Assembly (NCBI GenBank): GCA_963695345.1 | Contig: OY968769.1 | Span: 1,280,001-1,344,000, forward strand | Source of the DNA: an uncultured Methanomassiliicoccales archaeon | GTDB lineage: Archaea > Thermoplasmatota > Thermoplasmata > Methanomassiliicoccales > UBA472 | Length of the DNA stretch: 64,000 nucleotides | Reading direction: 5' to 3' | Shown: positions 40,839 to 53,700 of the stretch, one piece after another | Position numbering within the stretch: the stretch's first letter is position 1 | Layout: each line of letters starts with the position of its first letter | Made by a program: the position numbers and the translations under genes | Notes under the pieces: model-generated | The model's input: the letters and a program-made list of their open reading frames with translations, nothing else | Databases searched by the model: none | What the model was told of the DNA's origin: nothing

Positions 40839-43612
40839 TGCGAGGGGTATCAAAGAGGATAGGTTCGATCAAGTTCAGCTGCCTCTCTCCTGATGAGATC
40901 AGGAAGATGTCGGCCACAAAGATCATCACCGCCGATACGTACGATGACGACGGGTTCCCGATCGACATGGGTCTGATGGACCCGCACTTGGGCGTCATCG
41001 AACCCGGTCTCCGGTGCAAGACCTGCGGCCACAAGGTCGACGAATGTCCCGGTCACTTCGGCAATATCGATCTGGCCATGCCGGTGGTGCACGTCGGTTT
41101 CATGAAGGAGATCAAGAAACTGCTGCAGTCCACCTGCCGTTCCTGCGGCCGCCTGCTGCTCACCGAGGAGCAGGCCAAGGAGTACCGTGAGACCATGGAG
41201 CAGGTCGAGGAGCTGGGAGGCGACTCGATGGATGTCCGCCTGGTTTCGAAGGACACGGCTAAGGATGCCGCTTCCAGACAGGTCTGCCCGCACTGCGCCG
41301 CAGAGCAGCTGAAGATCACCCTGGACAAGCCGACCACCTTCCGCGAGGACGGCCACAAGCTGACCCCGAAGGAGGTCCGGGAGCGTCTGGAAAGGATCCC
41401 GGACGCCGACCTGGTCCCGCTGGGCATAGACCCCGCGTCCTGCCGTCCGGAATGGATGGTGCTCACCGCCCTGCCGGTCCCGCCGGTCACGGTCCGTCCG
41501 TCCATCACCTTGGAGTCCGGAGACCGGTCCGAGGATGACCTGACGCACAAACTGGTCGATGTCCTGAGGATCAACCAGCGTCTGCGTGAGAACCGTGACG
41601 CCGGCGCGCCCCAGCTGATAGTCGAGGACCTGTGGGAGCTGCTGCAGTACCACATCACCACCTATTTTGACAACCAGACGTCCGGTATCCCGCCCGCAAG
41701 GCACCGGTCCGGCCGTCCGCTGAAGACCCTGGTCCAGAGGCTGAAAGGCAAGGAAGGAAGGTTCCGTTCCAACCTGTCAGGTAAGCGTGTCAACTTCTCC
41801 GCCCGTACCGTCATCTCGCCAGACCCGGCGTTGTCGATCAACGAGGTCGGAGTGCCAACGGAGGCGGCCAGAGAGCTGACGCTGCCGGTCCACGCGACCG
41901 CTGCCAACCTCCAGGTGTTGAAGGACATGGTCAAGCGCGGACCGACGCCCCATTCCGACCACTACCTGCCCGGTGTCAACTACGTCATCCGGCCGGATGG
42001 CAGAAGGATAAGGGTCACCGACAAGAACGCGGAGACGGTGTCAGAGACGGTCGAGATCAACTTCGTCATCGAGAGGCATCTGATGGACGGCGATATCGTG
42101 CTCTTCAACCGGCAACCATCGCTGCACAGGATGTCCATGATGGCGCACACCGTCCGGGTCATGCCGGGCAAGACCTTCAGGCTGAACCTGTGCGTCTGCC
42201 CTCCCTACAACGCTGATTTCGATGGTGACGAGATGAACATGCACGTGCTGCAGTCCGAGGAGGCTCGGGCCGAGGCGACGATCCTGATGAAGGTGCAGGA
42301 GCACATCCTGTCGCCCAGGTTCGGCGGGCCGGTCATCGGCGCCATCCACGACCACATCACCGGGACCTACATGCTCACCCACAATAACCCGGTGTTCAAC
42401 AAGAGCCAGACACTGATCATCACCTCCAGGCTGAAGGGGAACGACCTTCCCCCGCCGCTGATCAAGGACGGAAAGGAGTTCTGGACCGGGAAGATGATCT
42501 TCTCCTCCATCCTGCCCAAGGACATGCGCGTGGTGTTCAAGTCCTCCATCTGCGAGAAGTGCACGCAGTGCAAGAAGGACAAGTGCGAGAACGACGCCTA
42601 CGTGAGGATCAAGGACGGAAAGCTTCTGACCGGCACGATCGATGAGAAGGCCATCGGATCGATGAAGGGAAAGATCCTGGACAAGATCGCGCGTGACTAC
42701 GGATCGAACTACTCGCGGGAGTTCCTGGACAGCGTTACCAAGATCGCCATCGGCGCCATCATGGTCAAGGGGTTCTCCACCGGCATCGACGACGAGGACA
42801 TCCCGAAGGAATCCCAACTCCAGATCCAGGACATGCTCCAGAACGCATCGGATAAGGTCGACCAGCTGGTCACCGCCTACCGCAAGGGCGAGCTGGAACA
42901 GATGCCCGGACGATCCATGGAGGAGACCCTGGAGGTCGAGGCCATGAAGGAGCTGGGACGAGCGAGAGATGAAGCCGGTCGGATCGCAGGAGACCAGCTA
43001 GGTCTGGAGAACGCCGCGGTTCAGATGGCCAAGTCCGGAGCCAGGGGTTCCATGCTTAACCTTTCCCAGATGGCCGGGTGCATCGGGCAGCAGGCAGTCA
43101 GAGGAGAGAGGCTGTCCAGAGGATACTGGAACAGGACCTTGCCTCACTTCCGCCAGGGTGACCTGGGTGCGAAGGCCAAGGGATTCGTGACCAACTCCTA
43201 CAAGTCCGGGCTGACCCCGACCGAGTTCTTCTTCCACTCCATGGGAGGTCGGGAAGGACTGGTCGATACCGCCGTCCGTACCAGCCGATCTGGTTACATG
43301 CAGAGGCGGCTTATCAACGCCCTGGAGGACCTGAAGCTCAAGCAGGACCACACCGTCCGGAACACGGCCGACAGCATCATCCAGTTCGAGTATGGGGAGG
43401 ACGGGATCGACCCGTGCCGCGGCGTCGGCGGGGAAGCGATCGACATCGACGACGTACTCCTGGAAGTGCTCGGTGACGAAGCTGAACTATTGCAGCGCAT
43501 CGAGGACAAGAAGGTCGGCACCTACGGTACCGTCGAGAAGGACCTGATGGAGCTCTCCGAAGAGGAAGAGGAATCAGAGGAAGTCGAGTTCGAGGGCGGA
43601 GGTGAAGAGTAA
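40835..43612 (+). CDS. rpoA1: RNA polymerase subunit A' (Rpo1N)
   Basis: [11 protein letters not shown] catalytic motif, Zn sites. Confidence 0.98.
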   Translation: MMRGVSKRIGSIKFSCLSPDEIRKMSATKIITADTYDDDGFPIDMGLMDPHLGVIEPGLRCKTCGHKVDECPGHFGNIDLAMPVVHVGFMKEIKKLLQSTCRSCGRLLLTEEQAKEYRETMEQVEELGGDSMDVRLVSKDTAKDAASRQVCPHCAAEQLKITLDKPTTFREDGHKLTPKEVRERLERIPDADLVPLGIDPASCRPEWMVLTALPVPPVTVRPSITLESGDRSEDDLTHKLVDVLRINQRLRENRDAGAPQLIVEDLWELLQYHITTYFDNQTSGIPPARHRSGRPLKTLVQRLKGKEGRFRSNLSGKRVNFSARTVISPDPALSINEVGVPTEAARELTLPVHATAANLQVLKDMVKRGPTPHSDHYLPGVNYVIRPDGRRIRVTDKNAETVSETVEINFVIERHLMDGDIVLFNRQPSLHRMSMMAHTVRVMPGKTFRLNLCVCPPYNADFDGDEMNMHVLQSEEARAEATILMKVQEHILSPRFGGPVIGAIHDHITGTYMLTHNNPVFNKSQTLIITSRLKGNDLPPPLIKDGKEFWTGKMIFSSILPKDMRVVFKSSICEKCTQCKKDKCENDAYVRIKDGKLLTGTIDEKAIGSMKGKILDKIARDYGSNYSREFLDSVTKIAIGAIMVKGFSTGIDDEDIPKESQLQIQDMLQNASDKVDQLVTAYRKGELEQMPGRSMEETLEVEAMKELGRARDEAGRIAGDQLGLENAAVQMAKSGARGSMLNLSQMAGCIGQQAVRGERLSRGYWNRTLPHFRQGDLGAKAKGFVTNSYKSGLTPTEFFFHSMGGREGLVDTAVRTSRSGYMQRRLINALEDLKLKQDHTVRNTADSIIQFEYGEDGIDPCRGVGGEAIDIDDVLLEVLGDEAELLQRIEDKKVGTYGTVEKDLMELSEEEEESEEVEFEGGGEE

Positions 43613-45066
43613 TGGCACGCAAGGACACGATCAACGCGCTCCGCCGCCGCAAGATAGCAGACGACGTCGCCGATAAGATAACCACCAAGTTCGCCTCCAT
43701 CGGAGAAGTGGAGAGCGCCACCAAGGAGGACCTGCTCGCAGCCGGTCTGGCCAAGGATGAGGTTGTCGACGTACTGGAGAAGTTGAACGCTCAGAAGTCG
43801 AAGCGCACCCCGGTGCGCAAGACCATCCGAAAGGCGGCCGAGCCGGAGTCCACCGCCAAGAAGTTCGACATCAGCATCCCGGACAAGCAGCGGAAGCCGA
43901 GCACCTTCGAGAAGCACCTGGACGACACCTGCAAGAAGCTCAACCTCAAGCTGTCGAAGAAGGTCATCCATGACCTGGCCGACAGGATCGACGGCATCGG
44001 CGTCCCTCAGGCCAAGATCGAGAAGATCCTCAAGCGGGCGGCCGAGAGATACTCGGACCATATGATGGACCCGAACGAGTCGGCCGGAATATTGGCGGCC
44101 CAGTCCATCGGTGAACCGGGAACACAGATGACCATGCGTACGTTCCACTACGCAGGAGTCGCGGAAATCAACGTTACCTTGGGTCTCCCGAGGCTGATCG
44201 AGATCGTGGATGCCAGGCGCATTCCCTCGACCCCCATGATGGCCATCTACATCGAGCCGAAGTTCCGGAACGATGTCGATGAGGTCAGGCGGATCGCTTC
44301 CGAGATAGAAACGACCAAGGTGCTGGACATCGCGACCATCGAACCCGACAGCAACAATATGAGGGTGGTCGTCCGTCCGGACGCCCGGAAGATGGAAAAG
44401 AAAGGGCTCACCCTGGAGCTGATCCACGAAAGGCTGAGCAAGATACGCGGTCTGAAGGGCAAGATAGAGATCGCCGATGACACCATCGTCCTCTCGTCGG
44501 AGGAGCCGTCCTTCAAGAAACTGCAGAACATCATCGATGTGGTGAAGGATTCCAAGATCCAGGGGATCGAGGGGATCCATCGCGCGATCATCCGGAAGGA
44601 GAAGGCGAATGACGAGTACGTGATCTACACCGAGGGCTCCAACCTGCAGAAGGTCCTGGAGAAGGACCGTGTGGACAAGAAGAGGACCTCGACGAACTCC
44701 ATCCAGGAGATCTACGAGGTGCTCGGCGTCGAAGCGGCGCGCAACTCGATCATCGACGAGGCGTCCAAGACCTTGGATGAGCAGGGTCTGACCGTCGACA
44801 TAAGGCACATCATGCTGGTCTCGGACCTGATGACGAACGACGGGGATGTGAAGGCAATCGGCCGTCACGGTATCTCCGGCCGCAAGTCTAGCGTCCTGGC
44901 CAGGGCAGCGTTCGAAATCACCGCGGCGCACCTGTTGCACGCGGCGTTGACCGGAGAGGTGGATCACCTAGACGGCGTTGCAGAAAACATTATAGTAGGG
45001 CAGCCGGTTACTCTCGGCACCGGAGCCGTCAACCTGGTATATGCACCTAATCGTAGGGGGCAGTAA
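43612..45066 (+). CDS. rpoA2: RNA polymerase subunit A'' (Rpo1C) with N-terminal extension
   Basis: [24 protein letters not shown]. Confidence 0.97.
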   Translation: MARKDTINALRRRKIADDVADKITTKFASIGEVESATKEDLLAAGLAKDEVVDVLEKLNAQKSKRTPVRKTIRKAAEPESTAKKFDISIPDKQRKPSTFEKHLDDTCKKLNLKLSKKVIHDLADRIDGIGVPQAKIEKILKRAAERYSDHMMDPNESAGILAAQSIGEPGTQMTMRTFHYAGVAEINVTLGLPRLIEIVDARRIPSTPMMAIYIEPKFRNDVDEVRRIASEIETTKVLDIATIEPDSNNMRVVVRPDARKMEKKGLTLELIHERLSKIRGLKGKIEIADDTIVLSSEEPSFKKLQNIIDVVKDSKIQGIEGIHRAIIRKEKANDEYVIYTEGSNLQKVLEKDRVDKKRTSTNSIQEIYEVLGVEAARNSIIDEASKTLDEQGLTVDIRHIMLVSDLMTNDGDVKAIGRHGISGRKSSVLARAAFEITAAHLLHAALTGEVDHLDGVAENIIVGQPVTLGTGAVNLVYAPNRRGQ

Positions 45067-45068
45067 AA

Positions 45069-45350
45069 ATGATTGATTTGGGAAGAGCCTTAAAGACCGC
45101 AATAACCACTGGCAAGGTGGTATTCGGTGTACAGCAAGCAGAGAAAGCAGTAAAGAGCGGAGAGGCTAAGCTACTGGTCGTTTCAAATAACTGCCCTAGC
45201 GAGTTCCTCATGTCGAAGACCCACGGCATCCCGGTCCACGTGTACGAAGGTACCAACATGGACCTCGGAGCCCTGGCAGGAAAACCATTCTCGGTTTCGG
45301 CAATCGCGATAATCGATAAGGGCGCGTCTAATATTCTTTCGTTGGGATGA
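45069..45350 (+). CDS. rpl30e: 50S ribosomal protein eL30
   Basis: TGKVVFG, LG...GKPF, I.D.G.S.IL. Confidence 0.96.
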   Translation: MIDLGRALKTAITTGKVVFGVQQAEKAVKSGEAKLLVVSNNCPSEFLMSKTHGIPVHVYEGTNMDLGALAGKPFSVSAIAIIDKGASNILSLG

Positions 45351-45351
45351 T

Positions 45352-45777
45352 ATGGCAGAGATCACTTTCACCGAGGAGACGCTCAGGTACATCGCCCTGT
45401 TCGAGTCGGTAACCAGGACCCATGTGAAGGATTGTCTGGAGACAGAGGACAAGCTGGTCTTCGTCGTCGATCCCGGCCAGGCAAACCGGGCCGTGGGCAA
45501 GGCCGGCGAGAACGTGATCCGGCTCAAGAACACCACCGGAAAGAACATCCAGGTGGTCGAGTACTCGGACGACCCGGAGACGTTCATCAAGAACGTGTTC
45601 TACAACTACAATGTCCAGGGTGTGGTCATCGAGAACCGCGGCAACATCGTGCACGCGACGGTTACGGTCGACCCGAAGGTCAAGGGACGCGCAATCGGCA
45701 AGAACGGGCGCAACCTGAAGATCGCCAGGGACATCGTGAACCGGCACCACAACGTGCAAAGCATCAGCGTTGCCTGA
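45352..45777 (+). CDS. nusA: Archaeal NusA (two KH domains)
   Basis: AVGK.GEN and AIGKNG.N KH loops, operon position. Confidence 0.95.
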   Translation: MAEITFTEETLRYIALFESVTRTHVKDCLETEDKLVFVVDPGQANRAVGKAGENVIRLKNTTGKNIQVVEYSDDPETFIKNVFYNYNVQGVVIENRGNIVHATVTVDPKVKGRAIGKNGRNLKIARDIVNRHHNVQSISVA

Positions 45778-45785
45778 TCTGTTCG

Positions 45786-45816
45786 AAACCCCTTTTTCCG
45801 ATTTTTCATTTTATTA
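45786..45816 (+). terminator. Terminator of the rpo operon
   Basis: AAACCCCTTTTTCCGATTTTTCATTTTATT. Confidence 0.7.
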
Positions 45817-45820
45817 TCGG

Positions 45821-46885
45821 TCAGCGCAGCGGCCGCCGTTCGACCTCGAGCCGGTCCGCCGTCGGGTATACTTCGATGATGTAGCATTCCATGTCAAGCT
45901 CTGGATACAGCTCCTCGAGTATCCATGGCGCCACCTCGAGCCGGTTCTTCTCCGCATCGGCCTTCATCATTGTGAGCGGGACGTCGTACTCGGACCGCAG
46001 TCGCTCCGCCAGCGCCTCCGGGTCCGGGGTCTGGACGATACCTTTGATCAGCAATCCCTCATCGGTGACCAGGTCATGTTCTTCCGCCACGCGGCGGGCC
46101 CGCCGCTTGATCCGGTTCCGCAGCTGGACCACATCTTTGAAGCTGGATGAACAGAAATGGACCGTCACCCGGCGCTCCTTCCTCATCAGTTTCTTGGCCA
46201 TGGCGGAACTGCCCTTCACCGCGCTGGAGACGTCATCGATGATGTCGTGGCCCCTCTCCTTCATGGCCTCGGCGTTGGTCGCAGAGAACTCCAGCTCGTT
46301 CAGGTTGACGAAGTCCAGGCCGTTCCGGTCGGCGAAATCGATGAGGCACTCCAGCCCTCTCTCCTCTCCCGGGATGGCCGGTACCTCGAATCCCACAGGG
46401 ATGCCGAGATCCTCGATCGCTTCCGCGATCCGCAACGAATCAAGACATTCCCAGGTCTCCACCTGGGGGTGTATCCTGAGCTCATCCAGTCCTGACCTGA
46501 CCAAGGCCCTGAACTTATCTCCATCGACGGTGGAGGTGTAAAGGTGGATGTGATGGCCGGGACCAAATTCCGTCTTCAGCATTTCGATGTAGTGCAGCGT
46601 CCGGTCCATTACGTCCAGCGGATCGCCGCCGGTGATGCCCGTACCCTCCGCGGCAATGCTCCGGGCCTCATCAAGAATGTCCGAGTCAGCAAAGACCTGT
46701 CTCTCATTGGCGAAGACCAGGTCCTTCCCCTTCTTCTTCTCAGAAAGGGGGCAGTAGTAGCAGTGCATCCGGCACCTTCCGGTCACCAGCAGGACCATCT
46801 TAGCGCCCTTCCGGCACTGTAGGCAACCGGTTGGAAGCGCGCCGGCATAGCATGATCCCGCCTGCATTCGCCTGATCTGAACCAT
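45821..46885 (-). CDS. Uncharacterised archaeal radical SAM protein
   Basis: GC..C..GAK, TG.CRMHCYYC, GITGGDP, LDELR.HP. Confidence 0.88.
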   Translation of the reverse strand: MVQIRRMQAGSCYAGALPTGCLQCRKGAKMVLLVTGRCRMHCYYCPLSEKKKGKDLVFANERQVFADSDILDEARSIAAEGTGITGGDPLDVMDRTLHYIEMLKTEFGPGHHIHLYTSTVDGDKFRALVRSGLDELRIHPQVETWECLDSLRIAEAIEDLGIPVGFEVPAIPGEERGLECLIDFADRNGLDFVNLNELEFSATNAEAMKERGHDIIDDVSSAVKGSSAMAKKLMRKERRVTVHFCSSSFKDVVQLRNRIKRRARRVAEEHDLVTDEGLLIKGIVQTPDPEALAERLRSEYDVPLTMMKADAEKNRLEVAPWILEELYPELDMECYIIEVYPTADRLEVERRPLR

Positions 46886-46977
46886 CGGGCTTCGGACGCC
46901 GACCGGACTAATAAAAACTTCCCTGACAGGCGCAAAAGATACTAAGGGAACAGCCATTCCCGTCCCAGGCGATAACG

Positions 46978-47628
46978 ATGCGTAAAAGGTCAAGGCTCAT
47001 TCTGGCATTGGACGAGACAGACGAGCGTAAGGCTATGGAAGTGGCTGACGCCGTAGGCGACCTGGTCGATGCCATTAAGATCAATTGGCCCCTGGTCCTC
47101 TCCACGTCTCCCGAGATCATCACCAGGCTGTCGCGTTCATCGGAGGTGGTCTGCGATTTCAAGGTGGCGGACATACCGAACACCAACAGGCTCATTGTTG
47201 CCGAGGCGGTCAGGCGCGGCGCCTCCGGCGTGATCGTTCACGCCTTCACCGGGAGCGATTCGGTCACGGCCGCAGTGGAGGCCGCCGATGGCAAGGACAT
47301 CTATGTGGTGACGGAGATGAGCCACCCCGGTGGAATGGAGTTCACCGCACCGGCGGCCGAGAGGCTGGCCAAAATAGCCGTTGAATGCGGCGCCTCCGGC
47401 GTCATCGCGCCCGCCACCAGGCCGGAAAGGGTCAAGGCCATAAGGCAGACGATCGGCCCGAACCTTTCCATCCTGTCGCCCGGCGTAGGTGCCCAGGGCG
47501 GGTCCGCAACGAAGGCCCTCGAGATGGGTGCGGACTACGTTATCGTGGGTCGGGCTATCTATGGCGACCCGGATCCCCGAGGGGCGGCGAGCCGATACAT
47601 CGAGGAAATCAAACACCTGAGAAATTAG
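46978..47628 (+). CDS. pyrF: Orotidine-5'-phosphate decarboxylase
   Basis: ILALD, DFKVADIPNT, SPGVGAQGG, IVGRAI. Confidence 0.96.
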   Translation: MRKRSRLILALDETDERKAMEVADAVGDLVDAIKINWPLVLSTSPEIITRLSRSSEVVCDFKVADIPNTNRLIVAEAVRRGASGVIVHAFTGSDSVTAAVEAADGKDIYVVTEMSHPGGMEFTAPAAERLAKIAVECGASGVIAPATRPERVKAIRQTIGPNLSILSPGVGAQGGSATKALEMGADYVIVGRAIYGDPDPRGAASRYIEEIKHLRN

Positions 47629-47746
47629 CGCCGCGAGAGGGTCAGTATTGTCCTATCCAGACAATCGGGACAAATGCCTAATAATTGGACTAAGGTTTTA
47701 ATAGCTCGTTCTGCATCAACTGCTAGTTTTCCTCAGGAGAATATAG

Positions 47747-50700
47747 ATGGCATCATCAGAGGAAGGGTCGAAAAGCCCTGCCGAGAAGAAGCGTTCCGCA
47801 GGAAATTCCAGACTGAATTCGAAATTCTCGAATACCTGGCTGGGAAGACACTGGCAGACGGCGCTCATCATCGTGCTAATTGTATTCCTGGCCTTTTTCG
47901 TCAGGACTTACTTTGGATACTCGACCTCGGTTGACAATGGTTTCCTTGTCTCCGGCGGTTCTGACTCGTACTATCACGAGCGCGTTATCGACAACGTGGC
48001 GAATACCGGTGAGCACATCGTGCGGGATAACATGCTCAACTACCCGTACGGGGTCAGGAACGAAAGGCCTCCACTGTATGATTGGTCGGTCGCGGTGGCC
48101 GGTATGTTCCTGCAAACGGTGACAGGTATTTCCTTGACCGATGGACTCGGCTTTGCACTGGTGTTCTCAACGGCCGTCTGGGGAGCCTTGACGACAATTC
48201 CGGTCTATCTCCTCACCCGGGCAGCCTTCGGGAAGAAGCCAGCGATACTGGCGGCACTCCTGTTCGCGCTGATGGCGGGCAACATTGAACGTTCGATATT
48301 CTCAAACGCTGATCACGATTCCATGGTATTGTTCTTCGTGGTCTTTGCCTTCTATTTCCTGCTTCGTGCGCTCCAGACCATGAAGGGCGATAGATGGGTC
48401 AGCAAATGGAGCAAGTTCTCCGAGGTCAAGAGCGGATTGAAGTCGTTCGGATCCCAAAATGTAGGTTCCATGCTCTATGCCGCGCTGGCAGGAGTGTGCG
48501 TAGCGCTCGTGGCGATGATATGGACCGGCTACACCTATGTCCTCATCATCGTACTGGTGTACCTCATCGTTCAACTGATGATCGACCGGTTCCGGAACGC
48601 CGATTCCCTTGGCATCGTGATGTCCATCGGGATAATGTTCACCGTGGCCTTCCTGGTCATGGCGCCGCTGTACATCCAAATGAACTATGTCCAGACCTGG
48701 CTAGACACTCCAGTGGAGCTGTTCCTGGTCGCGGTCATAGCAGGAATGATATTCGTGGTCACCCGGGACTATCCCTGGACCATTACGCTTCCGGTCATCG
48801 CGCTGATATCGATCATCGCGCTGGTCGCGTTCTATCTCATATCTCCCAACTTCTTCAACGCCATAGTATCCGGTCAGGGATACCTGGTGAAGAGCAAACT
48901 GTATTCGACCATATCCGAAGCGACGGCGCCGGCGTTCTCTACGCTGGCATTGTCATTCGGTGCGGTGACGTTCTGGCTGGCCCTGTTCGGTGTCGGATAT
49001 GCGGCCGTCAAGATCCCGAAGAACCTGACCCCTTTCCTGGTCTTCCTGGTCGTATGGACGGCCGTGTCGATCTACATGGCCTCCTCTGCGGGGAGGTTCG
49101 TTTTCAACGCCACACCCGCCTTCGCGGTAATGGCTGGCTGGATCCTGATGCTGATCATCGAACGGGCTCAGTTCAGTGAGTTCTATAAAGCGATGGCAGG
49201 GTCGCAGGGAAGCTTCCTGCGCAGCCTGCGGAAATCGATCAAGTTCCGCCACTTGTTCGTGTTCCTGGTGGTGCTCGGGCTGGTAGTCCTGCCGAACGCC
49301 TGGACGGCACTCGATGCGGGCATACCGAACCAGTCAAAGAAGGCGTATGACAAGCAGATCTACAACACCGTGCCGGACTTCCTCAAGCCGTCGACATACG
49401 ACGTCAAGAATGGAACATACTGGTATCTAGGGGCGTTCTCCTATGATCTGCCCTTGCCGACGACGTACTATCCATCGGCATGGTCCTGGTTCAATGAAAG
49501 GGACAGCAATATCGCCAATCCGCTGGAAAGGCCTGCTTACCTATCATGGTGGGATTATGGATTCGAGGCCATCCAGGTTGGGGGACATCCAACGGTGGCA
49601 GATAACTTCCAGAACGGATATCAGATGGCGGGATCGTTCCTGATGGTCTCGAACGAGACCGGAGCGATCGCGCTTATGGTGGCCAGGATAATCGAGAAGG
49701 TTCGCCTGGACAACAGCACCGACGTGTCCGTCGCGACCGTCGCACTGCTTCAGAAATATGGTGTCAACTACAACGAGATGTACCATATCCTGGCCCGGCC
49801 GTCTGACTATATCAACGTGGTCAAGAACAACCCTGCCATCTATGGCCCCTACGATACCGAGCTCTCCGCTACCAACGCATGGTACGCGGCTGCCCGGGTC
49901 GAGCTGTCCAAGATCGGCGAGAGCAAGCTGGTATCGCTATACCACGACCTCCGGGGCGTGTCCGGATACAACATCGGATACTTTGCCGTGGACAGTCGGC
50001 TGTTCCCGTTCTCGGCTACCAGTCAGAACATCTTCTATGCCCCGGCAAAACTGGCGGACCAGAAGATAGACCCGCTGTCGAACGCGCCATCGGACTACTA
50101 CACCATAACCGCCGTTGACCAGTATGGTACAGAGTATGCTCTGGCCGACGTGACATCGTCGATGACGATAGTCAGCTACGCGATCCACTACACGGCGTTG
50201 TTCTACCAGACGATGCTGTACCGGGCTTTCATGGGCTACGGGCCCTATGACGTCGGTCTAACAAGCGATGGTATACCGGGAATCAGCGGAAGTCTCATCT
50301 ATTACCCGCCAATGCAGGGCTGGAACCTGAGCCACTTCAGGATGGTCTACCGTACGGCTTACTACAATCCGTACGCCGACTACAGCAACCATACCGACGC
50401 CTGGGTGGCCATCAATTACACCCAGGGCCAGGAATACCAGGTATTGATAAACGCCGGCAAGATGAACGGTACGGTGGACCTGTCCGCCGGTGGGCTGTAC
50501 AGCGCGGTCGTATTCCTCCAGTACTATGACGGAGTGACCATATCCGGTACCGCCCTCTCGCAGAACGGGGAGCCCATGGCGAACGTTTACGTGACCGCCC
50601 TGGACGACAACCGGGATTCGACATACTTCCCCTACGGGATACCCCATCAAACGGTCAAGACCGACGCCAACGGGAATTACAGTGTAATCGCCCCGTTCGG

Positions 50701-53700
50701 CAACACCACCATAGCCTACAGCTATGGCACGCTGGACAGCGTAACCCAACTGGCCACGGTCATAACCACCAAATCGTACCAGATCAGCTACGCGGAGGCC
50801 ATGGGGGCGACAGGGGCCGGGGACAGCCAAACGGTGATCAATGGCAATATCACCCTGAACGCTGCAAGCCTCTCGGGCAAAGTGTACTGGGACAGGGACG
50901 GAGACTCGGTGTTCGATATCGGGACCGATATCCTGATCACCGGTGCCACCGTGGTGCTGGAGAACAAGACCACTGGCTACTATAAGAGTCAGGTAAGCAC
51001 GGCGACCGGCTATTCGTTCCTCGGCCTGCCTCCGGCGACGGTCAACATGTATGCCATATATCAGGGCCATATCATCGGCAACGTATCTGTTGACCTGAAC
51101 CCGAAGAACGGTAACATCTCAAAGGACCTGGCCATCAAACCGGCCCAGATCAAAGGGGTCATCATGCTGACCTCTGGCGATGTCGCTCAGAACGTCCAAC
51201 TTCAATTGAAGGACCTGACTTCGTCCCGGTTGATCAACACCACCACAAGCGCCGCCGGGCAGTTCACCTATGACCTGCTCTTCTCCGGCAACTACACGTT
51301 GAGCTCGGCCAGCCCCTTGATGAGCCTAGGAGAGCAGACCTACAGCCTGACCGCCGGCGAGACGCTCAACAAGGCGTTGACGATAACCTCGGCGATGACG
51401 GTGAGCGGACACCTGTCCAACAACGGGAACGCCGTACCGTACGCGCAGATCGAGATCATGAACGGCAAGAGACAGATGTGGACACAGGCCAACGCCAACG
51501 GGGACTATTCGATCACCGTGCCGCAGGACAATTACACTGTGTACGCGTTCGCGACCGTTCAAGGGGTCCAATTGGTCGCACTTTCCAACGTGACCGGTTC
51601 CTCCGGCTCGGTGACCAAGGACCTGGCGATGACGGAAGCGACCGCGACCGGTCTGCAGGTGACCTCGACCGACCTGAGCGGTGTTCAGTTCGTCATCAGG
51701 TCAAAGTCGATCCCGGCGGAGGTATATGCCATAACCAACGCGACCGGCGGTGCGACGGTATTGCTACCGTCGGGAACCTATTCGGTCTACGCATACAAGA
51801 GCACCACTTCGGTCTATTGGGCCGACCTGACCCTTCCAGCAACCGGTGTTCAGAACATCGCTCTGGAAAATGCCGTGACGCTCTCCGGTAAGGTATGGTT
51901 CGATGCCAATTTCGACGGGGCCATGGGCTCGGCGGAAGGGGTCGGCAACGCCACCATCACGGTCTCGAACCAGGCTGGTGACCAGGTAACGTTCTATACC
52001 AGCAGCACCGGGGCCTACAGCGTGCCTCTGGTGAGCAACGGGACATACACCCTGACCGAGTCGTTGATCAACTATGAGACATACCGGATCACGTACACCG
52101 ACTTCAACACCTCCACGGTCAACAACATCAAGCTCGTCCCCACGAACCGCACCGTCTCAATGACAGTGACGTCCAATGGCGGAGCTCCGGCAAAGCCAGT
52201 GACCGTAACGCTGACCGCTGTCGGAAAAGGCGCGGTCACGATCAAGGGAGTGACCTCGGCCGCCGGTGAGCTGACGTTGAGCGTCCGTCCCGGACAGTAC
52301 AATATCACGGTCAATGAGAACGTGACCTCAGACAGCAACGACCAGTTCCAGCTGCGGGCGGGCACGGTCCCGCTTACGGTGGGCATCGGCCAGAACGCCA
52401 CATCATTGAACCTGCCTATCGTGGAACGGTTCCTGGTGACGGGCGTCTCCGCCAGCGGGCCGACCACATTGACGTTCACCGGCAGTGACGTCAGGACCCA
52501 GGCCATCGGCGCCGGGGCTGGATACAGCGTGTATCTCATGTCCGGTGTTTATGGCGTCTATGCCGATGTCAACGCCACCGGCGGCCATCTGGCATTGTTC
52601 AATACCACTACCATCGCTGGACCGACCGCCTACGATGTGGTGGCCTCCCCGGCCATCCTTGTGCAGGTGCAGGTCCAGTATGCTGGAAGGCAATTGAACG
52701 CCAGCGCCCCGATATCCTTCAGTTCACCCAATGGGGCGACGTTCAACACCACCACCAACGCCACTGGTTATCTCGGCGTCTACATGCCCTCCGGTCAGCT
52801 GACCGTCAATGTGGACCTGCATACGCTCGGATCGATCAGCGGATCGGACCGTTACCTGCGGTACACCAATGTTACCACGGTCAACTTGGGGACGGTCACC
52901 TTCCCGTTGAACCTGGACACAGTCCGGAGCTTCGATAACAGTACCGTGACCGGTACCATGATCGCCACCGGCGGATCAGCCGCCGCGGGGACGATAAGCT
53001 TCGCGCCGGATTCGCCTACCGCGATGTGGTCCAATTACACCTCCGCCACCGGGGCCATCGCGGTACCGCTCGCACCTGGCACATACAATGTGTATGCCAA
53101 CGGCGGAGCCAACGGGGTGTTCCTGGGCAAGGTTGTCGTAGCCAGCTACCTGAACCAGACGGTCAACGTCCAATTGGTGCCCGGGGTTACGTTCTACGGA
53201 ACGACCTCGATAGGGACCACACCGGTACAGGCCAACCTGGCCCTCTCCTCGGTCGGCAACATGACGGCAAGCTCTGCGGCGGATGGAACGTTCTCCATAG
53301 TATTGCCGGCAGGCAATTACGCCGTGAACGCCTCGACCAGATTGGTCGAGAAAGGGGCCAACATACTATACTTCAAGACCTTCGCCCAGACTCTATCGGC
53401 GGACACGATGTCCAACATCGTTCTGGAACGTTTCAGCACTCGCAGCGTCAAGGTGTATTGGGACCCATCGCAGAAGGCCACCCTGAATGCCAACCAGACC
53501 GCGGTGTACAACATAACGGTGACCAACACCGGAGACCTGGCTGACACATACAACCTGGCCGCCTCGCTGTCCGGTTGGAACGTGACGCTGTCCCAGCAGA
53601 ACGTCAGCCTCGACTTCGGCGCAGCCGGGATAGCCACCATCCAGATGTCGATAACGCCGTCAAAGACGGTCAAGGTCACCCAGAACTCGATAACCTTCAC

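Noticed and set aside
38052-44967. Long antisense ORFs (579, 481, 284 and 258 aa) opposite the rpo genes, and similar ones elsewhere
   Set aside because: Shadow frames of GC3-rich, codon-biased genes, with no recognisable motifs.
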